DNA of 64,000 nucleotides from Escherichia coli (GTDB lineage Bacteria; Pseudomonadota; Gammaproteobacteria; Enterobacterales; Enterobacteriaceae): NCBI RefSeq assembly GCF_044324875.1, contig NZ_CP172185.1; one strand, 5' to 3'. Shown piece by piece: positions 35,906 to 47,390 of this stretch (position 1 is its first letter; each line of letters starts with the position of its first letter). The notes under the pieces were generated by a model. It saw only the letters and a program-made list of their open reading frames with translations, ran no database searches and was not told where the DNA came from. The position numbers and the translations under genes were made by a program.

Positions 35906-37345
35906 ATGTCAGTACCCGTTCAACATCCTATGTATATCGATGGACAGTTTGTTACCTGGCGTGGAGACGCATGGATTGATGTGGTAAACCCTGCTACAGA
36001 GGCGGTCATTTCCCGCATTCCCGATGGTCAGGCCGAGGATGCCCGTAAGGCAATCGATGCAGCAGAACGTGCACAACCAGAATGGGAAGCGTTGCCTGCC
36101 ATTGAACGCGCCAGTTGGTTGCGCAAAATCTCCGCCGGGATCCGAGAACGCGCCAGTGAAATCAGTGCGCTGATTGTTGAAGAAGGGGGCAAGATCCAGC
36201 AGCTGGCTGAAGTCGAAGTGGCTTTTACTGCGGACTATATCGATTACATGGCGGAGTGGGCACGGCGTTATGAAGGCGAGATTATTCAAAGCGATCGTCC
36301 AGGAGAAAATATTCTTCTGTTTAAACGTGCGCTTGGCGTGACTACCGGCATTCTGCCGTGGAACTTCCCGTTCTTCCTCATTGCCCGCAAAATGGCTCCC
36401 GCTCTTTTGACCGGTAATACCATCGTCATTAAACCCAGTGAATTTACGCCAAACAATGCGATTGCTTTTGCCAAAATTGTCGATGAAATAGGCCTTCCAC
36501 GCGGTGTGTTTAACCTTGTGCTAGGGCGTGGTGAAACCGTTGGGCAAGAACTGGCGGGTAACCCAAAGGTCGCAATGGTCAGTATGACAGGCAGCGTCTC
36601 TGCAGGTGAAAAGATCATGGCGACTGCAGCAAAAAATATCACAAAAGTGTGTCTGGAATTGGGTGGTAAAGCACCAGCTATCGTAATGGACGATGCCGAT
36701 CTTGAACTGGCAGTCAAAGCCATCGTTGATTCACGCGTCATTAATAGTGGGCAAGTGTGTAACTGTGCAGAACGTGTTTATGTACAGAAAGGCATTTATG
36801 ATCAGTTCGTCAATCGGCTGGGTGAAGCGATGCAGGCGGTGCAATTTGGTAACCCCGCTGAACGCAACGACATTGCGATGGGGCCGTTGATTAACGCCTC
36901 GGCGCTGGAAAGGGTCGAGCAAAAAGTGGCGCGCGCAGTAGAAGAGGGGGCGAGAGTGGCGTTGGGGGGCAAGGCAGTAGAGGGGAAAGGATATTATTAT
37001 CCGCCGACATTGCTGCTGGATGTTCGCCAGGAAATGTCGATTATGCACGAGGAAACCTTTGGCCCGGTGCTGCCAGTGGTCGCATTTGACACGCTGGAAG
37101 AGGCTATCGCAATGGCTAATGACAGTGATTACGGCCTGACCTCATCAATCTATACCCAAAATTTGAACGTCGCGATGAAAGCCATTAAAGGGCTGAAGTT
37201 TGGTGAAACTTACATTAACCGTGAAAACTTCGAAGCTATGCAAGGCTTCCACGCCGGATGGCGTAAATCCGGTATTGGCGGCGCAGATGGTAAACATGGC
37301 TTGCATGAATACCTGCAGACCCAGGTGGTTTATTTACAGTCGTAA
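35906..37345 (+). CDS. aldA: lactaldehyde dehydrogenase (NAD+)
   Basis: 479-aa ORF MSVPVQHPMYIDGQFV...; aldehyde dehydrogenase catalytic region with motifs ELGGKAP and NSGQVCNCAERVYV. Confidence 0.9.
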   Translation: MSVPVQHPMYIDGQFVTWRGDAWIDVVNPATEAVISRIPDGQAEDARKAIDAAERAQPEWEALPAIERASWLRKISAGIRERASEISALIVEEGGKIQQLAEVEVAFTADYIDYMAEWARRYEGEIIQSDRPGENILLFKRALGVTTGILPWNFPFFLIARKMAPALLTGNTIVIKPSEFTPNNAIAFAKIVDEIGLPRGVFNLVLGRGETVGQELAGNPKVAMVSMTGSVSAGEKIMATAAKNITKVCLELGGKAPAIVMDDADLELAVKAIVDSRVINSGQVCNCAERVYVQKGIYDQFVNRLGEAMQAVQFGNPAERNDIAMGPLINASALERVEQKVARAVEEGARVALGGKAVEGKGYYYPPTLLLDVRQEMSIMHEETFGPVLPVVAFDTLEEAIAMANDSDYGLTSSIYTQNLNVAMKAIKGLKFGETYINRENFEAMQGFHAGWRKSGIGGADGKHGLHEYLQTQVVYLQS

Positions 37346-37353
37346 TGAGTGAA

Positions 37354-37382
37354 AGAGGCGGAGGTTTTTCCCTCCGCCTTTG
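37354..37382. terminator. bidirectional intrinsic terminator between convergent aldA and gapC
   Basis: Hairpin aggcggagg-ttttt-cctccgcct with U-rich flanks on both strands. Confidence 0.6.
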
Positions 37383-37386
37383 CGCG

Positions 37387-38388
37387 TCAGAGTTTAGCGA
37401 ATTTTTCGAGGGTGCGAATAAGCTGCGTGACGAAGCCATATTCGTTATCGTACCAGGCGACCGTTTTCACCAGTTGTAAATCGCCCACGGCGGTAATTTC
37501 CGTTTGCGTGGCATCAAACACCGACCCGAAATGGCTGCCAATGATATCAGAAGAGACTATTTCTTCATCGGTATAACCAAATGACTCGTTATTGTTTGTC
37601 GCCTTTTTAAGCGCGTTGTTCACCTCTTCGGCAGTCACTTTTTTTCCAAGAATAGACACCAGTTCAGTCACCGAACCTGTTTTCACGGGTACGCGTTGCG
37701 CATGACCTTTCAGTTTGCCGCTCAGTTCCGGGATCACCAGACCAATGGCTTTTGCCGCACCTGTAGTGTGGGGAATGATATTTTCTGCCGCTGCACGTGA
37801 AGCGCGTAGATCTTTACCTCGCGGACCATCCACCAGTGACTGAGTGCCGGTATAGGCATGAATGGTCGTCATCGTGCCGACTTCTATTCCGAAACTGTCG
37901 TGCAAGGCTTTGGCCATCGGTGCAAGACAGTTAGTGGTGCATGACGCCACGGAAACAATGGTGTCGTTGCCATCCAGTGTGTCGTCATTGACGTTATAAA
38001 CGATGGTTTTCATTTCACCGGCAGGGGCGGAAATCAACACTTTCTTCGCACCAGCATCAAGATGCGCCTGCGATTTCTCGGCGGAGGTATAAAAGCCAGT
38101 ACATTCGACAATGATTTCTGCGCCTTTCGCTTTCCATGGAATATTTTTAGCCTCTTTTTCGGCGTAAACCGCGATACTTTTTCCATCAACGATAAGTGAA
38201 TCTTCCGTAAAATCAACGCGCCAGGGGAACGGACCATAGTTTGAATCATGTTTCAGCAGATAGGCGAGAATTTTTGGGGAAGTGAGATCATTAATAGCAA
38301 CAATGTCTATGTTGCTTTTGACTTCAAGTAATCGACGCAACACCAGTCGACCGATACGACCAAAACCGTTAATACCAACTTTACTCAT
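37387..38388 (-). CDS. gapC: glyceraldehyde-3-phosphate dehydrogenase (intact copy)
   Basis: 333-aa uninterrupted [23 protein letters not shown]... with active-site motif [10 protein letters not shown]. Confidence 0.85.
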   Translation of the reverse strand: MSKVGINGFGRIGRLVLRRLLEVKSNIDIVAINDLTSPKILAYLLKHDSNYGPFPWRVDFTEDSLIVDGKSIAVYAEKEAKNIPWKAKGAEIIVECTGFYTSAEKSQAHLDAGAKKVLISAPAGEMKTIVYNVNDDTLDGNDTIVSVASCTTNCLAPMAKALHDSFGIEVGTMTTIHAYTGTQSLVDGPRGKDLRASRAAAENIIPHTTGAAKAIGLVIPELSGKLKGHAQRVPVKTGSVTELVSILGKKVTAEEVNNALKKATNNNESFGYTDEEIVSSDIIGSHFGSVFDATQTEITAVGDLQLVKTVAWYDNEYGFVTQLIRTLEKFAKL

Positions 38389-38576
38389 GGTCTTCTCCTG
38401 TCAGGAACGTTCGGATGAAAATTGATCCTTTCCAGGCTTAGACCAGGATGGCGGGATGGGCAATCTACATTCTTGCCGTGAAACGTAACGTACTGAAAAC
38501 GGGTGAACAATATTTAATGAAATTTTAAGAAAAGCTCGTTATGTTAACGGAAAATTGTTTTAAAGCAGGAAATGTT

Positions 38577-39107
38577 ATGGAAAATAAATACTCAAGGTTA
38601 CAAATCAGCATTCACTGGCTGGTCTTTTTGCTGGTTATCGCAGCGTATTGCGCAATGGAGTTTCGTGGTTTCTTCCCACGTAGCGATCGGCCGCTCATCA
38701 ACATGATTCATGTTTCCTGTGGCATCACAATTCTCGTGCTGATGGTGATTCGTCTTTTGTTAAGGCTGAAATACCCAACCCCGCCGATTATACCTAAGCC
38801 AAAACCGATGATGACGGGACTGGCGCATTTGGGACATTTGGTGATCTATCTCCTGTTTATTGCGCTGCCAGTGATTGGTTTGGTGATGATGTATAACCGG
38901 GGCAACCCGTGGTTTGCGTTTGGTATGACGATGCCTTATGCATCAGAGGCCAATTTCGAACGGGTTGATAGCTTAAAGTCGTGGCATGAAACGCTGGCAA
39001 ATCTGGGATACTTTGTCATCGGGTTGCACGCTGCGGCTGCACTGGCACACCACTATTTCTGGAAGGACAACACACTTCTACGCATGATGCCGCGTAAACG
39101 TTCCTGA
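38577..39107 (+). CDS. cybB: cytochrome b561
   Basis: Start at MENKYSRLQISIHWLVFLLV within ORF 38541..39107 (176 aa); four transmembrane helices with conserved His residues. Confidence 0.85.
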   Translation: MENKYSRLQISIHWLVFLLVIAAYCAMEFRGFFPRSDRPLINMIHVSCGITILVLMVIRLLLRLKYPTPPIIPKPKPMMTGLAHLGHLVIYLLFIALPVIGLVMMYNRGNPWFAFGMTMPYASEANFERVDSLKSWHETLANLGYFVIGLHAAAALAHHYFWKDNTLLRMMPRKRS

Positions 39108-39117
39108 AGGATATTTA

Positions 39118-39181
39118 AAGAAAACGCCTGTACTAAAACCGACCCGTGGTACAGGCGAAGAATACGGGTCTACATCGGAAG
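39118..39181 (-). ncRNA. rydC: RydC small RNA (Hfq-dependent)
   Basis: Reverse complement of 39118..39181 reads CTTCCGATGTAGACCCGTATTCTTCGCCTGTACCACGGGTCGGTTTTAGTACAGGCGTTTTCTT, which matches the RydC sequence as I remember it; lies between cybB and ydcA as in K-12. Confidence 0.8.
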
Positions 39182-39391
39182 CGCCTATTATATTTATTTG
39201 TATGACAAATAAAACCATAATCCTGGTCCATACGTCCATCTGGCTTATCTTTAATCAATTCACCCGATCTTTGATCTCATCAACGGTATCAAAATAAACC
39301 AGCGTATAACGTTCAAATCGAACATAAGATTCGATAGGTGATGCTGCCAACTTACTGATTTAGTGTATGATGGTGTTTTTGAGGTGCTCCA

Positions 39392-39667
39392 GTGGCTTCT
39401 GTTTCTATCAGCTGTCCCTCCTGTTCAGCTACTGACGGGGTGGTGCGTAACGGCAAAAGCACCGCCGGACATCAGCGCTATCTCTGCTCTCACTGCCGTA
39501 AAACATGGCAACTGCAGTTCACTTACACCGCTTCTCAACCCGGTACGCACCAGAAAATCATTGATATGGCCATGAATGGCGTTGGATGCCGGGCAACTGC
39601 CCGCATTATGGGCGTTGGCCTCAACACGATTTTACGTCACTTAAAAAACTCAGGCCGCAGTCGGTAA
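39392..39667 (+). CDS. insA: IS1 InsA
   Basis: Protein identical to InsA of the other IS1 copies. Confidence 0.9.
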
Positions 39668-40089
39668 CCTCGCGCATACAGCCGGGCAGTGACGTCATCG
39701 TCTGCGCGGAAATGGACGAACAGTGGGGCTATGTCGGGGCTAAATCGCGCCAGCGCTGGCTGTTTTACGCGTATGACAGGCTCCGGAAGACGGTTGTTGC
39801 GCACGTATTCGGTGAACGCACTATGGCGACGCTGGGGCGTCTTATGAGCCTGCTGTCACCCTTTGACGTGGTGATATGGATGACGGATGGCTGGCCACTG
39901 TATGAATCCCGCCTGAAGGGAAAGCTGCACGTAATCAGCAAGCGATATACGCAGCGAATTGAGCGGCATAACCTGAATCTGAGGCAGCACCTGGCACGGC
40001 TGGGACGGAAGTCGCTGTCGTTCTCAAAATCGGTGGAGCTGCATGACAAAGTCATCGGGCATTATCTGAACATAAAACACTATCAATAA
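39586..40089 (+). CDS. insB: IS1 InsB
   Basis: Protein identical to InsB of the other IS1 copies. Confidence 0.9.
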
Positions 40090-40128
40090 GTTGGAGTCAT
40101 TACCGATTCGATAAACCATGGAGGTTAT

Positions 40129-40302
40129 ATGAAAAAACTGGCACTCATCTTTGTTATAGGAGCGCTTGTTTCCTTTTATGCCGATGCCGGGCGCAAACCC
40201 TGTTCTGGTTCGAAAGGGGGGATCTCACACTGTACGGCAGGCGGCAAATTTGTCTGTAATGATGGTTCTATTAGTGCATCGAAAAAAACATGCACTAACT
40301 GA
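40129..40302 (+). CDS. ydcA: small secreted protein YdcA
   Basis: 57-aa ORF below the ORF-track cutoff, translated by hand: MKKLALIFVIGALVSFYADAGRKPCSGSKGGISHCTAGGKFVCNDGSISASKKTCTN; GGAGG ribosome-binding site upstream. Confidence 0.8.
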   Translation: MKKLALIFVIGALVSFYADAGRKPCSGSKGGISHCTAGGKFVCNDGSISASKKTCTN

Positions 40303-40374
40303 AGCGTAAAAAGGGGTGCCATGAGAAAATGAATCTGCTAGTCAGATGCGCGGGGAAAATCCCCGCGCTTGCCC

Positions 40375-40582
<208 letters not shown>

Positions 40583-40922
40583 TCGTTGGCCTCGGTTGAT
40601 AGAAATATCGGTCGGGGCCTTCGTCTTTCTGATTCCCGGTTAGCCTGAAAACAGAAAGTCTCAGGCACCCGTGAGCATCCTATGTGGTTTCCTTAGGGAC
40701 GAAAATAATCACCTGACGAAATTGCGTGCTGTTTTCCAGAATTTTTCGTCATTCGGTTTAGCCAGTTTAATCATTCGTTACTCTCTTCATTCCAATGGCA
40801 TTATTCTTCTCTGCCATAATTGTTGTAAAAATGTGACGCAAAGAGGTTTTTGGTCGTAAGAAATTACCGTCAAGTGCCGATGACTTTCTATCAGGAGTAA
40901 ACCTGGAAGAGAGTCAACGGTA

Positions 40923-42563
40923 ATGAATACAACTCCCTCACAGCGATTAGGTTTTTTGCATCACATCAGGCTGGTTCCGTTATTTGCCTGCATTCTTGGC
41001 GGTATCTTAGTTCTATTCGCATTAAGTTCAGCTCTGGCTGGCTATTTCCTCTGGCAGGCCGATCGCGATCAGCGTGATGTTACTGCGGAGATTGAGATTC
41101 GGACCGGGTTAGCGAACAGTTCAGATTTTTTGCGTTCAGCCCGGATCAATATGATTCAGGCCGGTGCTGCGAGTCGTATTGCGGAAATGGAAGCAATGAA
41201 GCGAAATATTGCGCAAGCCGAATCGGAGATTAAACAGTCGCAGCAAGGTTATCGTGCTTATCAGAATCGGTCGGTGAAAACACCTGCTGATGAAGCCCTC
41301 GACACTGAATTAAATCAACGCTTCCAGGCTTATATCACGGGTATGCAACCGATGTTGAAATATGCCAAAAATGGCATGTTTGAAGCGATTATCAATCATG
41401 AAAGTGAGCAGATCCGACCGCTGGATAATGCTTATACCGATATTTTGAGCAAAGCCGTTAAGATACGTAGCACCAGAGCCAACCAACTGGCGGAACTGGC
41501 CCATCAGCGCACCCGCCTGGGTGGGATGTTCATGATTGGCGCGTTTGTGCTTGCCCTGGTCATGACGCTGATAACATTTATGGTGCTACGTCGGATCGTC
41601 ATTCGTCCATTGCAACATGCCGCACAACGGATTGAAAAAATCGCCAGTGGCGATCTGACGATGAATGATGATCCGGCAGGTCGTAATGAAATCGGTCGCT
41701 TAAGTCGTCATTTACAGCAAATGCAGCATTCACTGGGGATGACAGTAGGGACCGTTCGACAGGGCGCGGAAGAGATTTATCGTGGCACCAGCGAAATTTC
41801 CGCTGGCAATGCGGACCTTTCATCTCGCACCGAAGAACAAGCGGCGGCAATTGAACAAACTGCCGCCAGCATGGAGCAACTCACTGCGACGGTGAAACAG
41901 AATACAGATAACGCGCATCATGCCAGCAAACTGGCGCAGGAGGCTTCTATTAAAGCCAGCGATGGCGGGCAGACGGTTTCCGGTGTAGTAAAAACGATGG
42001 GCGCTATCTCCACGAGTTCGAAGAAAATTTCCGAGATCACCGCCGTCATCAACAGTATTGCTTTCCAGACGAATATTCTGGCACTGAATGCTGCCGTTGA
42101 AGCCGCGCGAGCGGGTGAGCAAGGGCGTGGATTTGCCGTTGTCGCCAGCGAAGTACGGACACTCGCAAGCCGCAGCGCCCAGGCGGCGAAAGAGATTGAA
42201 GGCTTGATCAGTGAATCAGTCAGGTTAATTGACCTGGGGTCGGATGAGGTAGCAACGGCAGGGAAAACCATGAGCACTATTGTTGATGCCGTCGCGAGTG
42301 TCACACATATCATGCAGGAAATCGCCGCCGCCTCGGATGAACAAAGCAGAGGCATAACACAGGTTAGCCAGGCGATTTCTGAAATGGATAAGGTGACGCA
42401 ACAGAATGCTTCTCTGGTAGAAGAGGCCTCAGCGGCGGCGGTGTCCCTTGAAGAACAGGCGGCACGATTAACTGAGGCGGTGGACGTATTCCGTCTGAAC
42501 AAACATTCTGTGTCGGCCGAACCTCGCGGAGCGGGTGAACCAGTTAGATTCGCTACGGTGTGA
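40923..42563 (+). CDS. trg: methyl-accepting chemotaxis protein III (ribose/galactose sensor)
   Basis: 546-aa ORF with two transmembrane segments, HAMP domain and conserved MCP signalling region ([34 protein letters not shown]). Confidence 0.9.
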   Translation: MNTTPSQRLGFLHHIRLVPLFACILGGILVLFALSSALAGYFLWQADRDQRDVTAEIEIRTGLANSSDFLRSARINMIQAGAASRIAEMEAMKRNIAQAESEIKQSQQGYRAYQNRSVKTPADEALDTELNQRFQAYITGMQPMLKYAKNGMFEAIINHESEQIRPLDNAYTDILSKAVKIRSTRANQLAELAHQRTRLGGMFMIGAFVLALVMTLITFMVLRRIVIRPLQHAAQRIEKIASGDLTMNDDPAGRNEIGRLSRHLQQMQHSLGMTVGTVRQGAEEIYRGTSEISAGNADLSSRTEEQAAAIEQTAASMEQLTATVKQNTDNAHHASKLAQEASIKASDGGQTVSGVVKTMGAISTSSKKISEITAVINSIAFQTNILALNAAVEAARAGEQGRGFAVVASEVRTLASRSAQAAKEIEGLISESVRLIDLGSDEVATAGKTMSTIVDAVASVTHIMQEIAAASDEQSRGITQVSQAISEMDKVTQQNASLVEEASAAAVSLEEQAARLTEAVDVFRLNKHSVSAEPRGAGEPVRFATV

Positions 42564-42600
42564 AAATGTTAAAGGAGGGATCGACAGATCCCTTCACCTT

Positions 42601-43524
42601 TCAGAACGGCATTGATTTTCGAATAGCGTTAATCATCAACTGGCAACCAGAAGAGAACGTCGCATCTACGCGGGTCAGTATTCCAATCGGTTCGCCTGCA
42701 CCATGACCCGGAACAGGCAGGGCCACCAGCGTGGCATGACGCAGGTCGTCTTTTACAGCGCCAGAAGGGACAAACCACACGTAGTCGTATTCAACCGTAA
42801 GTTGACGAGATAGCGAAGCAGACAGTGTTTCGATACAGCCCGAAGGAATTTTACAGCCCTGGCTCTGCACTAATGCATCTGAATGCTGGCGTGGCGCAGT
42901 GCCTTCTGGTGATACAACAACCGGCCATTCCAGCACCCGGCTTAGCGTTACGTTCTCCTGAAGTAGCGGGTGATTAGGGCGGACAACCAGCTTCAGCGAT
43001 TCAAGAAACAGCAGTTCGTAATTAAGCCCGGTCATCAGTTCAGGATCTGACATCCGACCAATGCCGATATCGATTTCCCCGGTTTTTAAACCTGCCAGAA
43101 TCATAGGGTTACTCATTGTCGCAACTTGCAAGGTCGTCTCTTTTTGTTGCTGATGAAACTGACCTATAACCGAAGGTAATATCCCCAGTGCCGCAGTAGG
43201 TAGTGCACCAACCCTGACGACATCATTATTAAGACCTTCTTTACGATGAAGCGACTGTCCGGCAGTGTTGATGGCGTCAAGAACTCTGACTGCATGCGTT
43301 AAAAATTGTTCGCCGGGTAAGGTAAGTTGCGCCCCCTGACGACCACGCTCAAACAAGCGAGCGCCCGTCAGTTGCTCCAGTTCATTCAATGTCTTAGAGA
43401 GCGCAGGTTGACTCAAATTAAGGGTTTCAGCCGCGCGCCCCAAAGTTCCTTGTTGTGCGACAGCTACGAATGTATGAAGGTGGCGCAAACGGATGCGCTG
43501 ACTAAACAGACTATTTTTTTCCAT
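42601..43524 (-). CDS. ydcI: LysR-family transcriptional regulator
   Basis: ORF 42601..43593(-); probable start MEKNSLFSQRIRLRHLHTFVAVAQQGTLGRAAE (LysR-type HTH) at 43524. Confidence 0.8.
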   Translation of the reverse strand: MEKNSLFSQRIRLRHLHTFVAVAQQGTLGRAAETLNLSQPALSKTLNELEQLTGARLFERGRQGAQLTLPGEQFLTHAVRVLDAINTAGQSLHRKEGLNNDVVRVGALPTAALGILPSVIGQFHQQQKETTLQVATMSNPMILAGLKTGEIDIGIGRMSDPELMTGLNYELLFLESLKLVVRPNHPLLQENVTLSRVLEWPVVVSPEGTAPRQHSDALVQSQGCKIPSGCIETLSASLSRQLTVEYDYVWFVPSGAVKDDLRHATLVALPVPGHGAGEPIGILTRVDATFSSGCQLMINAIRKSMPF

Positions 43525-43740
43525 AAGCGATGTTAAAAACGAAGCGGTGTCGCTGACAAGTGAAGTTGTTTGATTATGATAACTTGATTGCAAAATATTA
43601 TTAACAATTAAAGCAATTGTATTACATCAAAATGGGTAATATTAATGTTTTCGCGGCGAGATCACAGTTTGCAAATTCTTCCCGCCAGAGTGAATGCGGT
43701 TACCTACACTCCAGATTACTGACCACTGGAGGCAGACATT

Positions 43741-45084
43741 ATGGCGAACAGCATCACGGCGGATGAGATTCGGGAACAGTTTTCGCAGGCAATGTCAGCC
43801 ATGTACCAGCAAGAAGTTCCGCAGTACGGCACGCTGCTGGAACTGGTAGCTGATGTGAATCTGGCTGTGCTGGAAAACAATCCTCAACTGCACGAAAAAA
43901 TGGTAAATGCAGACGAGCTGGCGCGACTGAATGTTGAACGTCATGGGGCGATTCGCGTTGGGACTGCACAAGAGCTTGCTACTCTTCGGCGGATGTTTGC
44001 CATTATGGGGATGTACCCGGTGAGCTATTACGATCTCTCGCAGGCGGGCGTGCCGGTACATTCCACAGCATTTCGGCCCATTGATGATGCTTCTCTGGCG
44101 CGTAATCCCTTCCGCGTTTTTACCTCCTTACTCCGCCTTGAGCTTATCGAGAACGAAATTTTGCGCCAGAAAGCGGCGGAGATTCTGCGTCAGCGCGATA
44201 TCTTCACCCCACGTTGTCGACAACTGTTAGAGGAATATGAGCAGCAGGGCGGTTTTAACGAAACACAGGCACAGGAGTTTGTGCAGGAAGCCCTGGAAAC
44301 GTTTCGCTGGCACCAGTCAGCGACGGTGGATGAAGTAACCTATTGCGCCTTGCATAACGAACATCGGCTGATTGCTGATGTGGTCTGTTTTCCTGGATGC
44401 CATATCAACCACCTGACGCCACGCACGCTGGATATTGACCGGGTGCAGTCGATGATGCCTGAATGCGGAATTGAACCCAAAATTCTGATCGAAGGGCCGC
44501 CGCGCCGCGAGGTACCGATTTTACTACGCCAGACCAGTTTTAAAGCACTGGAAGAGACGGTGTTGTTTGCAGGGCAGAAACAGGGCACGCATACCGCGCG
44601 CTTTGGTGAAATAGAGCAGCGTGGCGTGGCATTAACGCCGAAAGGACGACAACTGTATGATGATCTACTGCGGAACGCTGGAACCGGGCAGGATAATCTC
44701 ACTCACCAAATGCATTTACAGGAAACCTTCCGCACTTTTCCTGACAGTGAGTTTTTAATGCGTCAGCAAGGGTTGGCATGGTTCCGGTACCGTCTGACGC
44801 CTTCAGGTGAGGCGCATCGTCAGGCGATTCATTCCGGAGACGATCCACAGCCCTTAATTGAACGTGGTTGGGTAGTGGCGCAACCCATTACCTATGAAGA
44901 TTTCTTGCCCGTTAGCGCGGCGGGGATCTTCCAGTCAAATCTGGGTAATGAAACGCAGGCACGCAGTCACGGTAATGCCAGTCGCGAAACATTTGAGCAG
45001 GCGTTGGGCTGCCCGGTTTTGGATGAGTTCCAGCTTTATCAGGAAGCGGAAGAACGCAGTAAACGTCGCTGTGGTTTGCTTTAA
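43741..45084 (+). CDS. ydcJ: DUF1338-family protein YdcJ (putative metalloenzyme)
   Basis: 447-aa ORF MANSITADEIREQFSQAMSAMYQQEVPQYGTLLEL...; conserved position. Confidence 0.8.
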   Translation: MANSITADEIREQFSQAMSAMYQQEVPQYGTLLELVADVNLAVLENNPQLHEKMVNADELARLNVERHGAIRVGTAQELATLRRMFAIMGMYPVSYYDLSQAGVPVHSTAFRPIDDASLARNPFRVFTSLLRLELIENEILRQKAAEILRQRDIFTPRCRQLLEEYEQQGGFNETQAQEFVQEALETFRWHQSATVDEVTYCALHNEHRLIADVVCFPGCHINHLTPRTLDIDRVQSMMPECGIEPKILIEGPPRREVPILLRQTSFKALEETVLFAGQKQGTHTARFGEIEQRGVALTPKGRQLYDDLLRNAGTGQDNLTHQMHLQETFRTFPDSEFLMRQQGLAWFRYRLTPSGEAHRQAIHSGDDPQPLIERGWVVAQPITYEDFLPVSAAGIFQSNLGNETQARSHGNASRETFEQALGCPVLDEFQLYQEAEERSKRRCGLL

Positions 45085-45308
45085 ATTCTGACCATCCGCC
45101 TTTGCAAAAATTTGCCTGATTTTACAAACGAATCAGGCTCATCCCATCGACATAAAAAAATTGCCGATTAATGCATATTCTCTCAGTTCAACAATTGGAT
45201 TATTAATAAATATTGTCTAGAGTGAGCGGTCATAAATAAGCACTTTCTTGCCGCTGAAAACGACCAGCGCGGGACCATTCACAACACCAGAAGGACTCAC
45301 TTTCAGGT

Positions 45309-46964
45309 ATGGATCGTAGACGATTTATTAAAGGTTCAATGGCTATGGCCGCCGTGTGCGGTACCAGCGGCATTGCTTCTCTTTTTTCTCAGGCGGCATT
45401 CGCGGCAGATTCTGATATTGCCGACGGGCAAACCCAGCGTTTTGACTTCTCCATTCTACAGTCAATGGCGCACGACCTAGCGCAAACAGCGTGGCGTGGT
45501 GCGCCGCGTCCGTTACCTGACACTCTGGCGACAATGACGCCGCAGGCTTATAACAGTATTCAATACGACGCCGAAAAATCGCTCTGGCATAACGTTGAGA
45601 ACCGTCAACTGGACGCTCAGTTCTTCCATATGGGAATGGGTTTCCGTCGCCGCGTTCGTATGTTTTCTGTTGATCCCGCAACACATCTGGCGCGTGAAAT
45701 TCACTTTCGCCCGGAGTTGTTCAAATACAACGATGCGGGTGTTGATACCAAACAATTAGAAGGGCAAAGCGATCTCGGCTTTGCCGGTTTTCGCGTGTTT
45801 AAAGCCCCCGAACTGGCGCGTCGTGATGTAGTATCATTCCTCGGTGCGAGTTATTTCCGCGCCGTTGATGACACATATCAATATGGTTTGTCGGCTCGCG
45901 GCCTGGCGATCGACACTTACACCGACAGTAAAGAAGAGTTCCCCGACTTTACCGCCTTCTGGTTTGATACGGTAAAACCGGGGGCAACTACCTTTACCGT
46001 TTATGCGTTGCTCGATAGCGCCAGTATTACTGGTGCCTATAAGTTCACTATCCATTGTGAGAAAAGTCAGGTGATTATGGATGTGGAAAATCACCTGTAT
46101 GCGCGCAAAGACATTAAACAGCTGGGCATTGCGCCGATGACCAGCATGTTCAGCTGCGGCACTAATGAACGTCGGATGTGCGACACCATTCATCCGCAAA
46201 TCCATGACTCTGATCGTCTGTCCATGTGGCGGGGCAACGGCGAGTGGATTTGCCGTCCGCTGAATAATCCGCAAAAATTGCAGTTCAATGCTTACACCGA
46301 CAACAACCCGAAAGGGTTTGGTTTATTGCAACTGGATCGTGATTTCTCCCATTATCAGGACATTATGGGCTGGTATAACAAACGCCCAAGTCTGTGGGTG
46401 GAACCGCGTAACAAGTGGGGTAAGGGCACCATCGGCCTGATGGAAATCCCAACAACGGGCGAAACGCTGGATAACATTGTCTGCTTCTGGCAGCCAGAAA
46501 AAGCTGTAAAAGCGGGTGATGAGTTTGCATTCCAGTATCGTCTGTACTGGAGTGCGCAACCGCCTGTTCATTGCCCATTAGCGCGCGTTATGGCGACGCG
46601 TACCGGCATGGGCGGTTTCCCGGAAGGTTGGGCGCCAGGTGAACACTATCCCGAAAAGTGGGCGCGTCGTTTTGCCGTCGATTTCGTTGGTGGTGATCTG
46701 AAAGCTGCCGCACCAAAAGGCATTGAGCCGGTGATTACGCTTTCCAGTGGGGAAGCGAAGCAAATCGAAATTCTCTATATTGAACCCATTGAAGGTTATC
46801 GTATTCAGTTTGACTGGTATCCGACTTCGGACTCCACTGATCCGGTCGATATGCGGATGTATCTGCGTTGTCAGGGCGACGCTATCAGTGAAACATGGCT
46901 GTATCAGTATTTCCCACCAGCGCCGGATAAACGTCAGTATGTTGACGACCGCGTGATGAGTTAG
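45309..46964 (+). CDS. opgD: osmoregulated periplasmic glucan biosynthesis protein D (Tat-exported)
   Basis: 551-aa ORF; twin-arginine signal [32 protein letters not shown]; OpgG/OpgD family. Confidence 0.9.
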   Translation: MDRRRFIKGSMAMAAVCGTSGIASLFSQAAFAADSDIADGQTQRFDFSILQSMAHDLAQTAWRGAPRPLPDTLATMTPQAYNSIQYDAEKSLWHNVENRQLDAQFFHMGMGFRRRVRMFSVDPATHLAREIHFRPELFKYNDAGVDTKQLEGQSDLGFAGFRVFKAPELARRDVVSFLGASYFRAVDDTYQYGLSARGLAIDTYTDSKEEFPDFTAFWFDTVKPGATTFTVYALLDSASITGAYKFTIHCEKSQVIMDVENHLYARKDIKQLGIAPMTSMFSCGTNERRMCDTIHPQIHDSDRLSMWRGNGEWICRPLNNPQKLQFNAYTDNNPKGFGLLQLDRDFSHYQDIMGWYNKRPSLWVEPRNKWGKGTIGLMEIPTTGETLDNIVCFWQPEKAVKAGDEFAFQYRLYWSAQPPVHCPLARVMATRTGMGGFPEGWAPGEHYPEKWARRFAVDFVGGDLKAAAPKGIEPVITLSSGEAKQIEILYIEPIEGYRIQFDWYPTSDSTDPVDMRMYLRCQGDAISETWLYQYFPPAPDKRQYVDDRVMS

Positions 46965-47103
46965 TCGTTTTTTCTTCGGCACCTTCTTCGGGAGGTGCCG
47001 TCTGGTTAAACACGATCCCGCTCGCATTTTTCCCTAAGTTAAATGAGTAATCTGATGGTGTGTATTTCAGATACACCTTGTCAGCCACTAACAGGGAGTG
47101 CGT

Positions 47104-47328
47104 ATGTTTCCAGAATACCGAGATTTAATATCCCGTCTGAAAAACGAAAATCCTCGCTTTATGTCCTTGTTCGATAAACACAATAAACTTGATCATGAAA
47201 TTGCCAGAAAGGAAGGTTCCGACGGTCGAGGGTACAATGCGGAAGTGGTCCGCATGAAAAAACAAAAGCTACAGTTAAAAGATGAGATGCTCAAAATCCT
47301 GCAGCAGGAGAGCGTCAAAGAGGTGTAA
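47104..47328 (+). CDS. ydcH: DUF465-family small protein YdcH
   Basis: About 74-aa ORF MFPEYRDLISRLKNENPRFMSLFDKHNKLDHEIARKE...; hairpin plus T-run terminator at about 47337..47362. Confidence 0.8.
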   Translation: MFPEYRDLISRLKNENPRFMSLFDKHNKLDHEIARKEGSDGRGYNAEVVRMKKQKLQLKDEMLKILQQESVKEV

Positions 47329-47390
47329 ACTTTCCTAAGCCGCCAGCCAGGCGGCTTTTTTAACAACTGCATGGAGTGACTGGAGATAAG

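Larger units (their letters stand above)
39337..40104 (+). mobile_element. IS1: IS1 (768 bp) with 9-bp target-site duplication GATTCGATA, inserted between rydC and ydcA
   Basis: IS1 terminal repeats at both ends; insA 39392..39667 and insB 39586..40089; identical 9-mer GATTCGATA at 39328..39336 and 40105..40113. Confidence 0.95.

Noticed and set aside
42601-43593. Longer 330-aa form of ydcI
   Set aside because: The LysR HTH begins right after MEKNSL (start 43524); the upstream 23 codons are probably non-coding leader.
46578-47027. 149-aa minus-strand ORF overlapping the opgD 3' end
   Set aside because: Antisense shadow; opgD on the plus strand has the Tat signal and family features.
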